A stretch of DNA of 64,000 bases, taken from the NCBI RefSeq assembly GCF_046119375.1, contig NW_027362764.1, positions 151,404,001 through 151,468,000 on the forward strand, in the 5' to 3' direction. Shown here in pieces: positions 32,488-44,400 of the stretch; position 1 is the first letter of the stretch, and each line of letters starts with the position of its first letter. The notes below the pieces were generated by a model, which was not told where the DNA came from, ran no database searches, and saw only the letters and a program-made list of their open reading frames with translations. The position numbers and the translations under genes are program-made. This DNA comes from Phyllobates terribilis (Eukaryota).

Positions 32488-35400
32488 TCATTGCAGGCTG
32501 TAAGCTTTCTTGAAGAGATGGGTTTTCAGGTTCCGTCTGAAGGATCCGGATGTGGTGGATAATCGGACGTGTTGAGGCACAGAATTCCATAGGATGGGGG
32601 ATATTCGGGAGAAATCTTGGAGGCGATTGCGTGAGGAACGGATAAGTGTGGAGGAGAGAAGGAGGTCGTGGGAGGACCGGAGGTTACGTGAGGGAATATA
32701 TCGGGAGATTAGTTCAGAGATGTACGGAGGAGAGAGGTTATGGATGGCTTTGTAGGTCAGTGTTAGTAGTTTGAACTGGATGCGCTGGGCAATTGGGAGC
32801 CAGTGAAGCAATTGGCAAAGGGGGGTAGCAGAGGAGTAGCGAGGTGAGAGATGAACGAGTCATGCAGCAGAGTTGAGGATGGACTGGAGGGGTGCGAGAG
32901 TGTTAGCTGGGAGGCCACAGAGGAGGATGTTGCAATAGTCGAGGCGGGAGATGATGAGGGCATGCACAAGCAGTTTAGTAGAGTTAGGGTTGAGGGAAGG
33001 GCGGATTCTGGAAATGTTTTTGAGCTGGAGGCGACAGGAGGTGGCGAGAGCTTGGATGTGGGGTTTGAAGGACAGGGCAGAGTCAAGGGTTACTCCGAGG
33101 CAGCGGATTGTCGGTACAGCGGAAAGAGTGATGTCGTTTATTGTGATAGATAGATCAGGTGGGGAAGATATGCGAGATGGGGGAAAGATAATGAGTTCAG
33201 TTTTGTCCACATTGAGCTTGAGGTAGCGGGAGGAGAAGAAGGAGGATATGGCTGCTAGACATGCTGGGATTCTGGACAGCAGAGAGGTGATGTCTGGGCC
33301 AGAGAGGTAGATCTGGGTGTCATCAGCGTACAGATGGTACTGGAAGCCATAGATTTTTATGAGCTGTCCCAGGCCAAGGGTATAGATTGAGAAGAGTAGG
33401 GGTCCTAGGACAGAGCCTTGAGGGACTCCAACAGAGAGGGGGATGGGTGAGGAGGTGTAGTGGGAGTGGGAGACGCTAAATGTGCGGTTTGAAAGGTATG
33501 AGGAGATCCAGGATAGAGCAAGGTCTTTGACGCCAAAGGAAGAGAGGATCTGCTGTAGGAGGGAGTGGTCAACTGTATCGAAAGCAGAAGACAGGTCAAG
33601 TAGAAGGAGTACAGAGAATTGTCTGTTAGCTTTGGCTGTAAGTAGGTCATTGGTGATTTTGGTAAGGGCAGTTTCGGTGGAATGGTGGGGGCGGAAGCCG
33701 GATTGTCGGTTGTCGAAGAGAGAGTTAGATGAAAAGTGGGAGGAAAGTTCAGCGTGAACGTGTTGCTCAAGGAGTTTGGAGGCAAATGGGAGCAGCGATA
33801 TGGGGCGATAGCTGGACAGGGGAGTTGGGTCGAAGGATGGCTTTTTGTGGATGGGTGTGATTGTGGCATGTTTGAAGGCAGCAGAGAAAGTACCAGAGGA
33901 TAGTGATAGGTTGAAGAGATGGGTTAGGGATGGGACGAGTGTGGGAGTGATGTTAGGGAGGAGGTGGGATGGGATGGGGTCGAGTGCACATGTGGTGAGG
34001 TGTGATTTGGAGAGGAGACGAGTAAGTTCTCTTTCCGTGATGTTGGGAAGGGAGGTTATAGGGGTGGGAAAGTGGTGTGGAAGACAGAGGGGTTGTGGTG
34101 GTCGGACGGTAAAGACTTGCCTTGTTTGGTCAATCTTGTTTTTGAAGTGTGTTGGAAACTCCTCAGCAGAGATGATGGAGCTTGGAGGGGGCAGTGGAGG
34201 GCGGAGGAGAGAGTTGAAAGTGTTGAATAGTTGTTTGGGGTTGTAGGATAGGGAAGATATGAGGGTTGTGAAGTAGGCCTGTTTAGCAGAGGTGAGTGCT
34301 GATTTGAATGCGAGCGTTGCTTGTTTGAATGCAGTGAAGTCATCTTGAGTATGTGTTTTCTTCCAACGCCGCTCCGCAAACTTGGACGTTTGTCGAAGCT
34401 GTTTAGTAAGGTTGTTGTGCCAGGGTTGCCTGTTGACTCGTCGCGCTCTGCCATGCAGAAGAGGGGCGACCGAGTCAATAGCTGATGCGAGAGTGGCACT
34501 GTAGAAAGCAGTGGCGCAGTCTGTGTCATGTGAGGATATGGATGTCAGAGGTAAAATAGAGTCAGAGAGTGTTTGTGTGTCTAGATGAGCAAGGTATCTG
34601 CGGGGGTGTGCTAGTTGCTGGACATGGGTGACAGGTGAGGAGGACAGGGATGAGAATGTGAGTAGGTGGTGGTCAGATAGGGGTAGGGGGGAGGTTGTGA
34701 GGTGGGATAGGGAGCAGAGTCGGGTGAAGATGAGGTCTAGTGTGTGTCCGTCTGTGTGAGTGGCTGAGGAGGACCACTGAGTAAGTCCAAAGGATGAAGT
34801 AAGCGACAAGAGTTTTGATGCTGCTGACTGGCGAGTGTCAGTGGGGATGTTGAAATCGCCCATGATGATTGTTGGAATGTCAGCCGAGAGAAAGTGAAGA
34901 AGCCAGGTGGAGAATTGGTCGATAAAGGCAGTGATCGGGCCCGGGGGTCGGTATATGACAGCCACTTGGAGGTTGGAGGGAGAGTAAATGCGGACAGAGT
35001 GGACTTCAAAAGAAGGGAGAATAAGGGAGGGAAGAGGAGGAGTAGGGCTAAAGGTGCAATTGTTAGAGAGGAGAAGACCCACTCCTCCACCATGTCTGTT
35101 TCCAGGGCGAGGAGTGTGGGTGAAGTGGAGGCCACCGTAACACAGCGCAGCAGGGGAGGCAGTGTCAGAGGGTGTTAGCCATGTCTCTGTGATGCCCAGG
35201 AAGGAGAGATGACGAGAGGTAAAGAGGTCGTGGACAAAATGGAGCTTGTTGCAGACAGTGCGTGCATTCCAGAGTGCTCCAGAGAGAGGGAGCAGCGGGG
35301 TGGGCGTCAGGGGGACAGGTTTTGCGCAAGAGAGGTTGTGGTAGTTTGCAGTTGGTTTGATGCGACAGGTGGGAGAATTGGTGGAAGGTGCAAGCTGTGG

Positions 35401-35661
35401 GGGTCCAGGATTGGGAGATATGTCGCCAGCAGTGAGGAGAAGCAGAGAGAGGGACAGCAGGTGGGAGAAAGAGAGTGACCGGCTTGTTTTATGCTTTGGG
35501 AGGATTGTTCTGAGGTTGAGCAGCAGGTCTGTAGATGAGGTTAGGTGGGGAGGAAGGAGGGAAGGAGAGATGATGATTTGGTTAGAGGGTGCTGGGGTGT
35601 GGGGATAGCGAAGGAGAGTGAGGATTAGAGGGGCAAAAACAGTAAGGGCATATGTGAGCAT
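32488..35661 (-). pseudogene. L2 ORF2 (APE endonuclease + RT, ~1057 aa) with one premature stop at 32860-62
   Basis: WNARTV, GITETWL, GDFN, SDH; [46 protein letters not shown] 32488-32811 continues in the same frame after TGA (likely CGA>TGA). Confidence 0.93.
35401..35427 (-). other. 2A-like (StopGo) motif GDISPNPGP near the N-terminus of L2 ORF2
   Basis: [19 protein letters not shown] directly upstream of the APE domain. The canonical motif is D(V/I)ExNPGP; here S replaces E. Confidence 0.75.
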
Positions 35662-36735
35662 GATGAAAGTGTAAGGGAGAATGAGAAAGAGAATCTAAGT
35701 ACAAGTAGTAAATAGTTCTTTGTACCTTCTGGTCACTTCTGGCCCATTTCTGGCATATTTCATTCTAGCCCCTTAAAAGCGACCCTTTAGAGCCAGACCT
35801 GTTTCCCTTAATTTATGGAGTTCAAGCCAGCACATTAGGATGGTCAGGTGTACAGGAGGGGAGGAGTCGCAGGGAGGCTGCTCACAACATGGGTGAAGGG
35901 GGGACTAATTAGAACACAGAGGTTAAATGAATTCAGGAAACAGCTAGGGACCAGTGTGTATTAGGATCAATGGTTTGAGGTAATGAATATGCAGATTGAG
36001 ACAAACAGACCAAGGACAGATAGAATGAAATTAGCAGGGATCAGTGTATACACAGCAGGAAACATACCAGGAGACAAATACAGTTATGAAATTCAGATAT
36101 GCGGCATGGAGTGTGGTAAAAGTGTGGAGTGTGGAGTATGGTAAAAACATTGGCTTTCAAAATTGTAGAACTGTAAACCCATTAAGTCAGATTCATAATT
36201 TCTTTGGAGCCTTTTTTTGGTATAAAAGTTTGGATTTAAGCAATTTTATTCTTCTGCCAAATTCATTATGGCTGTTGTTTGCAATTTTTGTGCTATATTT
36301 TTCAGTTCCCTTCATTTTTTGGCTTTGCTCGTCAATGTAAGGTTGGTTTTCATTTCCATATGTTTTTGGCTAATTCATCAATTGAAACTTTTCGAAATGT
36401 TACAAAAAAATTTTGCGCAGTGGTACTCCAGCAGGGGCTGGATGGCAAATTTTAGCCTGGAGGGCGAGCACAGAGAGCTGGCCCATGAGTGGTTTCCCAT
36501 TCTTAGAGCTTGTTTGCACGCTGAGTTTGACGCATTTTTCAAGAATAAAAAAAAACAAAACAGTGCACTCACTTTACAGCAGTGTAAATGAGATTCCTGA
36601 AATCTCCTTGTGGATTTGAACCATCAAAGCGTTTTTTCAAATCTGCAGGAAGAACCTGTTGTAACTGTATTCAGTTCAGGCAGTGAAAGAGGAGGAGGCA
36701 AGATCAGTACGTGTCCTGCCAGTGATGTGGAGTAC

Positions 36736-36822
36736 CTGGGAGGGATTTTGTCCGTGGCCTGACCAGAACTCATCTGTGTAATTTATGAGACTGTGCCCAG
36801 TCCACGAAAGTCCGTACTCGGC
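36736..36822 (-). CDS. Candidate host-gene exon (87 nt, phase 0-0): AEYGLSWTGHSLINYTDEFWSGHGQNPSQ; gene not recognised
   Basis: Non-repetitive context, acceptor ..TTTACAG, donor CAG|GTACTC, and only one reading frame open across it. Confidence 0.35.
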
Positions 36823-37473
36823 CTGTAAATGTCAAATCTGGGAAAAAGACATTATTGATATGATGTTACAATACCAACAACATATCAACAAGACAACCTT
36901 ATTATCATAGCAAATTTACATACAGAAGTGACAAAAAGGCTGGTCTACATGCAGATCTGCCCACACATCAACAAATATCCAAGTTTCAGTCTCAGATTTT
37001 AGCTGATTGGCAAATTCTGGACATGTTACCATAGTCCAACTGGACCAAAGTTACTGTATAAATACCAACTTCAGTGACCATTGTAGTAAATCTAGCCAGC
37101 CGTGGTTCCAAAGACGGCTGGAGGTGTGGGAGGGGGACCTTTTACAGCCGAAATAGGCTATTGTAATGCAAGCTTACTAAAAGTGTAGGTCTTGGCCAAA
37201 ACAATCCATAGACATACAGTATATGTTTAATATAAAGAATTCAGCTGAGAATTCATTTTTACAACTTGTTATTGTGAGTTTTTGATTGATAGTCGTGGCT
37301 GTACGAGCAGCACGTACAACGAAGCACTCATACACGCGTCAGCACGTACAGCGAGGCGCTCATTCGCGCATCAGCACGCAAAGGGACACCACGCAATCAG
37401 GTAATACACACGTCACCACATACACGGACACACTGATACTTACCACATTGTCATACATATAGCACACTTACTA

Positions 37474-37531
37474 TGGCTCTGATTCATCAAAGTGACAATT
37501 CTGGCGTAATCACTTTGATGAATCGGGGCCA
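37474..37531. mobile_element. Minimal 58-bp hairpin MITE
   Basis: TGGCTCTGATTCATCAAAGTGA / TCACTTTGATGAATCGGGGCCA with a 14-nt spacer and TA flanks. Confidence 0.5.
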
Positions 37532-39164
37532 TAGTCTCCTACCTCATTGCTATTGAGGCATGTGCAGGAGCCCACTGCAGTCTATTTTCCAGGCGCCACA
37601 CTTGTGATGTGCAGGAGAATCATGGACAAGCTCCGTTATGTAACGTTCACATAGCGTTTTAGCGTACGTTTAGTGGCTTTGGTGGGACTTACGTCCAAAG
37701 CCCCACAAAACGGGATTTGGGCTTATGCCCTGACAATAGCTGAGTACATCTCAGTGCCCATCTCCAATAGGCGTACACGGCTGAAAATGATGTCTGATCG
37801 AGCGTCTACAGCATTATAGTCAATGGCCCCATCAACACATTCGCCCAAATCCCATTTTGCAGGGCTCCGGACATAAGCCCCGACGGAGCCACTGAATGTA
37901 TTCTAAAAACTGTGTGAACATAGCCTTATCTTACAGAGTGATATAATAACAGCCCCGCGTGCTCTGCCATCCCCCTTTATATTTGTCCCGACTGCAGAGC
38001 TGCCAGCAATCAGGAGCTTCAGAGAAGGCTGGAGTTGACCCTTGCATGTCAATGCAATAATACACACAAGGGTGAAGGAGGAAGATGAGGTGGGGACCGG
38101 GGACCGCAGGAGAGGGTAACTATACACTGCAGTGCAGACCTGAGGCTGCATTTAATCACACAGAACAAGACATACTGAAAATGACTCTCCTATTTCTGCC
38201 TGTCTAAGGATATGTGCCCCACCTGCTCCCCTCTAGCTGAGTTTCACCCCTGCCTCCCACCAAACAATCTAAAAAGCAGAGACATACGTTGCTTTCATCC
38301 TCCTTGACTACCTGCAGCGCCTCACTCTTCTGTGTAGGTCCTTCCATATGGTTCTGCATTGTCTTCTTCCTGTTCTCTGATTGGCGAGGCAGCACACTAT
38401 AGCCTCTAGTGACTGCTGCTCCACCAATCAGAAAGCAGGAAGCAGACAGTGCAGCACCTAGTGACTGCTGCTTGATCTGATACTGGTGAGGCCTGTAACA
38501 GTGCACACCTTGTGCATATACTGGTGTCTATGTCACAGCCCCATATCCGGCCTTGTCACATACCTCCTGCTCAACCCCCCTGCTGACCTTCTCTAGCAGG
38601 CTCCATCCTCTCCAAGCTTCCATGAGGAATCAGCCTGGCCAGTGCGTTGGTGAGGGGAGATCAGCAGACACGTCCACACAGTGTGTAGTTTGGGCGTGTC
38701 TACAACACAGGGATGCTGCCGGCAATTGTACAAGTAATGTACAGTGCCAGCAGCTGTCTTCAAGGCAGCAGAGTAGGGCGGCCCTCAACTACTACTGGGG
38801 GGATCGGCATGGGGGACACTTACCCCTCTGCCCCCCGGCCCAGCCCGCCCATGTACTCCAGTACCCTAATTCAATACAAAACCTGTCTAATTTAATCTTC
38901 TTGCAGTTAAAGACTAATGTGTAACATTTACCTACTCAATGATTGTTCAATGAAGCCAAAGAGTGAAAAAATAAATCTTATAATTTGCACTTAATACATT
39001 AATCATCATATGCGGTTTAAATAAAAGAGACGCAAAGTTCAACCAAGAAAACAGATAGACAAGATTTTAAAAAAATACTTAAAAAAAATGCAATTGAAGA
39101 ATTGTGGAATCTGTCAGCAGGATTTCACATCCCAAACTATTTATATGCTCATGTATCTCTTTAA

Positions 39165-39589
39165 AAGGTATCTGTCACCCCATGGCACTTATCTGACCTC
39201 TAATATGGGCATAAAGGTGATAGAAATGTAAATCTATACCTACCTGTATGCCTCATATTAGAGGTCTGGTTGGTGTGAAATGTCTTTTTATTCATTCTGG
39301 TTTCTGATGTCTTGGAGGCCCAGGGCCCGCAAGAAATCCCCGCCTCCTATATTAATTATAATAGGGCACTGTAACGTGCAGGGGAGGGGGGAAACATTAT
39401 AATTAATACAGATGGCGGGGATTTCTTGCGGGCCCTGAGCCTCCAAGACATCAGAAATCAGAATGAATAAAAAGACATTTCACACCAACCAGACCTCTAA
39501 TATGAGGCATACAGGTAGGTATAGATTTACATTTCTATCACCTTTATGCCCATATTACAGGTCAGATAAGTGCCAGTGACAGATTATCT
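39165..39589. mobile_element. Near-perfect 425-bp palindromic TTAA MITE
   Basis: TTAA at 39161-64 and 39590-93. Arms of about 190 bp pair almost perfectly (e.g. GGCACTTATCTGACCT / AGGTCAGATAAGTGCC). Confidence 0.85.
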
Positions 39590-40418
39590 TTAACCCCTTA
39601 AGCCCCGAGGGTGGTTTGCACGTTAATGAACAGGCCAATTTTTACAATTCTGACCACTGTCACTTTATGAGGTAATTACTCTGGAATGCTTCAACGGATC
39701 CCCCTGATTCTGAGAATATTTTTTCGTGACATATTGTACTTCATGATTGTGGTAAAATTTCTTCGATATCACTTGCGTTTATTTGTGAAAAAAACAGAAA
39801 TTTGGCGAAAATTTTGAAAATTTTGCAATTTTCAAAATTTGAATTTTTATGCCCTTAAATCAGAGAGATATGTCACACAAAAGAGTTAATAAATAACATT
39901 TCCCACATGTCTACTTTACATCAGCACAATTTTGGAACCAAAATTTTTTTTTGTTAGGGAGCTATAAGGGTTAAAAGTTGTCAAGCGATTTCTCATTTTT
40001 CCAACAAAATTTACAAAACCATTTTTTTAGGGACCACATCACATTTGAAGTCACTTTGAGAGGTCTTTATGACAGAAAATACCCAAAAGTGACACCATTC
40101 TAAAAACTGCACCCCTCAAGGTGCTCAAAACCACATTCACGAACTTTATTAACCCTTCAGGTGCTTCACAGGAATTTTTTGAATGTGGAAGAAAAAAATG
40201 AACATTTAACTTTTTTCACAAAAATGTTACTTTAGACCCAATTTTTTTTATTTTCACAGGGGTAACAAGAAAAAATGGACCCCAAAATTTGTTGTGCAAT
40301 TTCCCCTGGGCACACAGGAATGCAATATTTGGGGAAAAAACACTGTTTGGGCGCACGGCAGGGCTCGGAAGGGAAGGAGCGCCATTTGACTTTTTGATTG
40401 TAAAATTTGCTTGAATAA

Positions 40419-40772
40419 TTAGCGGACGCCATGTTGTGTTTGGAGAGCCCCTGTGTGCCCAAACATTGGAGCTCCCCAACAAGTGACCCCATTTTGGAAA
40501 CTAGACCCCCCAAGGCACCTATCTAGATGCATAGTGAGCACTTGGAACCCCCAGGTGCTTCACAAATTGATTCATAAAAATGAAAAAGAGTTTTTTTTTT
40601 CACTTTTTCATTTTTATGAATCAATTTGTGAAGCACCTGGGGGTTCCAAGTGCTCACTATGCATCTAGATAGGTGCCTTGGGGGGTCTAGTTTCCAAAAT
40701 GGGGTCACTTGTGGGGGAGCTCCAATGTTTGGGCACGCAGGGGCTCTCCAAACGCAACATGGCGTCCGCTAA
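40419..40772. repeat. ~354-bp near-perfect palindrome inside the piggyBac-like element
   Basis: TTAGCGGACGCCATG..TCATAAAAATGAAAAAG, a T-rich loop, then CTTTTTCATTTTTATGA..CATGGCGTCCGCTAA. Confidence 0.9.
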
Positions 40773-40990
40773 CAATTTGAGACGATTTTCCATTCAATTT
40801 GTTAGCGGACACCATGTCGCGTTTGGAGAGCCCGTGATGTGCCTAAACAGTGGAGCTCCCCCACAAGTAACCCCATTTTGGAAACTATACCCCCCAAGGA
40901 TTTTATTAAGGTGTATAGTGAACATTTTGAACCCAGAGGTACGACACAGAATTTGTTTACATTAGGTCATCATATTGAATAAGTTGTCAT

Positions 40991-41291
40991 TAGTCTTGAG
41001 CGCAAGTGCTCACTACTTGAGTTTGCATCGGGTACTCAGGTATGCACCATGTACAGCGTGTGCTCGATTGACATGCTCGAGTCCCTGCTCCGCATGTTTC
41101 ACGATTATTAGACACCCAAAAAAAAACATGCGGGGATCGCTAGTGCATGGCAGGCAATCCCCGTAAAGTTTTTTTGGCCGCGAAGCATATGGGGCAGAGA
41201 CTCGAGCATGTCACTCAAATACCCATGATACTCAATGCATACCAGAGCACCCGATGCAAACTCAAGTAGCGAGCACTTGCGCTCAACACTA
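40991..41291. mobile_element. 301-bp hAT MITE with TIRs like those of the large hAT
   Basis: TAGTCTTGAGCG / CGCTCAACACTA; degenerate 8-bp TSD GTTGTCAT / GTCGCCAT. Confidence 0.8.
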
Positions 41292-41335
41292 GTCGCCATA
41301 TCGTCATCTTTTTTTCTTACTTTTAAAAAAAATCC

Positions 41336-41494
41336 CAACCCCATCACAACCCTAACCCCAACCCTAACCCCAACCCCAGCCCTAACCCTAGCACAACCCT
41401 AACCATAGCACAACCCTAACCCTAGCACAACCCTAGCCCTAGCACAACCCTAGCCCCAAACCCAGCCCTAACCCTAGCCCAATCCTAACCCAAG
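41336..41494. repeat. Degenerate telomere-like (CCCTAA/CCCTAG/CCCCAA)n tract
   Basis: Directly visible hexamer variants interleaved with CACAA. Confidence 0.85.
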
Positions 41495-44400
41495 AGTTTA
41501 TTTTTGACGCCGTTCCTTGTGCGGTATAAGTGATTAGACGACTTTATTCTTCGGGTCGGTGTGATTACAGCAATACCAGAATCATATGGGGTTGTTATAA
41601 CTGACAGCTGTCACACACTAAAAGACTCATTTTTTGTAAAATCTAGTTTTTGCATCGCCATATTTTGAGAGCTATAATTTTTCCAGATATTGGCAGACAG
41701 TCATGTGACGGCTCGTTTTTTGCGGGATGAGTTGACGTTGTTATTGGTGCCATTTTCAGGCACGTGACATTTTTTGATCGCTTTCTATTCCGATTTTTGG
41801 GAGGCAGAATAAACAAAAAACAACAATTCAGGAATTGTTTTTTTTTGTTTTTTTTTATTCTGTTCCGCGTGTGGTAAAATTGATAAGGTAGCTTTATTCT
41901 TCGGGTCAGTACGTTTACAGCGGTACCACATTTATATCGTTTTTCTATGTTTTGCACTTTTATATAATAAAAGCAATTTTATAGAAAAAATTATTTTTAG
42001 CTTTTTTAGCATCGCTTTATTCTGAGAGCTATAACTTTTTTATTTTTTGGATTATGGAGCTGTGTGCCAGCTTGTTTTTTGCGGGACGAGATGAAGTTTT
42101 CAGCGGTACCATTTTTATTTATATTTGTCTTTTTGATCGCGTGTTATTCCATTTTTTATTTGGCTGTATGGTGATAAAGCATTGTTTTTTGCTTCGTTTT
42201 TTTTTTTTTTTTTTACCGTGTTCACTGAAGGGGTTAACTAGTGGGACAGTTTTATAGGTCAGGTTGTTCCGGACGCGGCGATACCAAATATGTGTACTTT
42301 TATTGTTTTTTTTGTTTTGTTTTTATAATAATATTTATTGATGGGTACATTATATTTTTATTTTTGGTGGATTATTTTTTTTATTTTTTTTTTATATTTT
42401 TTCAATTTTTTTTTTTTTTTCACTTTCTGGAAGCTTATATAGTTTATTACTTTGTCCCACTCTGGGACTTTCACTTTTTTTTCTCTGATCGCCTGCATGG
42501 CACAGGAATGCAGCACCATCCCTGTGCCATGCAGGCTGTCAGCGCCGGACAGGGAGAAGATTGTTTGGAGATGCACTGCGCATGTCCAAACAATCTTCCT
42601 GCTGTCTGGTGACCCGGATGTTGTCATGACGACATCAGGTCGTCATGGCAACACCCGGGAAGCCTTTGCAGACAGCGCTGGAAGCCGGAAGAGGAGGTGA
42701 GTATCTGCGATCACCTCCCCTAGCCCCCGCAATGCTGCGATCGACTTCGATCGCAGCATCACGGGGGTTAATGTGCTGGGAGCGGTGCAGGACCACTCCC
42801 TGCACATAATATCGGGTGTCAGCTGTGACAATCAGCTGACACCCGGCGGCGATCGCGCCCGCACAGCCCGGCGCGATCGCCATGACGTACTAATACGGGT
42901 CTGGCTCTTAAGTCCCAGAGCACAGACGCGTATTAGTACGTCAGATGTTGTTAAGGGGTTAAAAGACAAGTTCAGCAATTCCTCTACATGGTCGGTCCGT
43001 ATACTCCTTGAGAAAGCAACCTGGCGAAACGTACTTTGGAGTCCAGGGGTGTTTTTGATTTGGTGCTATTCTCTATTATATGGTATGTCTATTCTGTGAT
43101 ATTTGCTGGGATGTTTGTATAATCTTATTATCAATCCACTTGGATTTCTTTATAATATATATATTTATCCACATTGCTCCTAAATATTTTTATTTCAAGC
43201 CATATATTTTGGGATATGAACAATTTCTATTGATTACACCCAATTCCTATTACATTTCCCTGTGATATCTCCTGTGCATGATCTCCTCTCTGCATATTAT
43301 ATTGCCCTGTTTTTAATAGTTTTTGTCTTATGCATTAATAAGGATATACTTTTATTGAACATCATTTCAGATGTTGTGTTTATTCACATTCATAAGCAGT
43401 ATTGTTATCTTACCAGTGAATATTCACCTACTTTGAGATATACAGTATGTAGTAATATGTAAAGGTTTTGTGTAGTTACTGATGGCCAGCCCATGTATCT
43501 GATGCTGAGATATCAGGGTTTGAATTGATATGCAAATGAGGCTGAAGGACTATGGTAGATCTGAAGCCTGTGTCTCTTCTGCTCTATTCTCCACCCAGTG
43601 TCACATTCTCCTTCTCCTTCTGCTTGACTAACAGCCTCTATGTTCTGTGTCTTCAGGCAAAGGAGCTGTCAGTCATTCAAGAAAATGCGGCACTAGGTAG
43701 GGAATAGAGCGGGAGTATCAAAGGCTTTGGATCTACAATCAGCTCTTCAGCCTCATTTGCATATCATTTTAAAAGCTGATTTCTCAACATCAGAGGTACA
43801 GACTGGCCATGTAAAGGTATTACCGGACTTGTGTTTGAAAGTACTTCATGTACATATAAATAGTTTAGGGGTGAAATCCTGCTGACAGATTCCCTTTTAA
43901 ATAATAATATATCTGTGTCCATGAACAGCTATAGCAAAATCATGTATTATTCTACACATTGTATTGTGTGGTATTTTTGGATCGTAACCAAGATGCATGA
44001 TAGTAAATATAAAAATCTAGGTCTTATACAACTTATCCTTATTCCTAATCCATCAAAATAATCTTGAGTCTGCATACAATGCTACTAGTCAAAAACCAAG
44101 AAAAAAAAGCCATTCAGTTTCCGTCTTTTTGGAAAAAATCCAGAATGACATTTTCTTCTTTGTTAGTTTTGGCAAGAAGGGACGAAAGGGAAAACATCAC
44201 TACTCTGTTAGTGATGGGTTTTCTACTTTGTTTTTATTAAAAATGTTGAAACATGGGCACTGTGTCAAGATGATTCTATAATAGAAAGTTGGGTGGGGCG
44301 AGGAAGCTTGTACAATGCAGAAACTTCTTAACATAAAGAAGGCACATCCTATTCTGACATGGTGGAGAAAAGTATTTTAAGACAGTACATCTTAATATAT

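Larger units (their letters stand above)
32237..35700 (-). mobile_element. L2 LINE with complete ORF2 and (TAA)n tail; no ORF1 visible
   Basis: (TAT)n at 32237-71 on the + strand, the conserved L2 tail TGTACAGCGCCATGGAATCAATGGCGCTATATAA on the minus strand, and an APE-RT ORF. Confidence 0.95.
39594..42958. mobile_element. 3.4-kb non-autonomous piggyBac-like element
   Basis: TTAA then CCCCTTAA; TTAAGGGG then TTAA (42959-62). No transposase ORF. Confidence 0.8.
39106..43896. mobile_element. Outer T2-type MITE split by nested insertions
   Basis: GGAATCTGTCAGCAGGATTTCAC (39106) and GTGAAATCCTGCTGACAGATTCC (43871-93) followed by TTAA. The left arm resumes at 42963 and matches the right arm in reverse complement. 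Confidence 0.7.

Noticed and set aside
32851-35608. Plus-strand ORFs over the L2, and similar ORFs over the Tc1, hAT and Gypsy coding regions
   Set aside because: Antisense or alternate-frame shadows of TE coding sequence.
41336-41494. True telomere or chromosome fusion site
   Set aside because: Short, degenerate, single-orientation, and internal to a TIR-bounded element.
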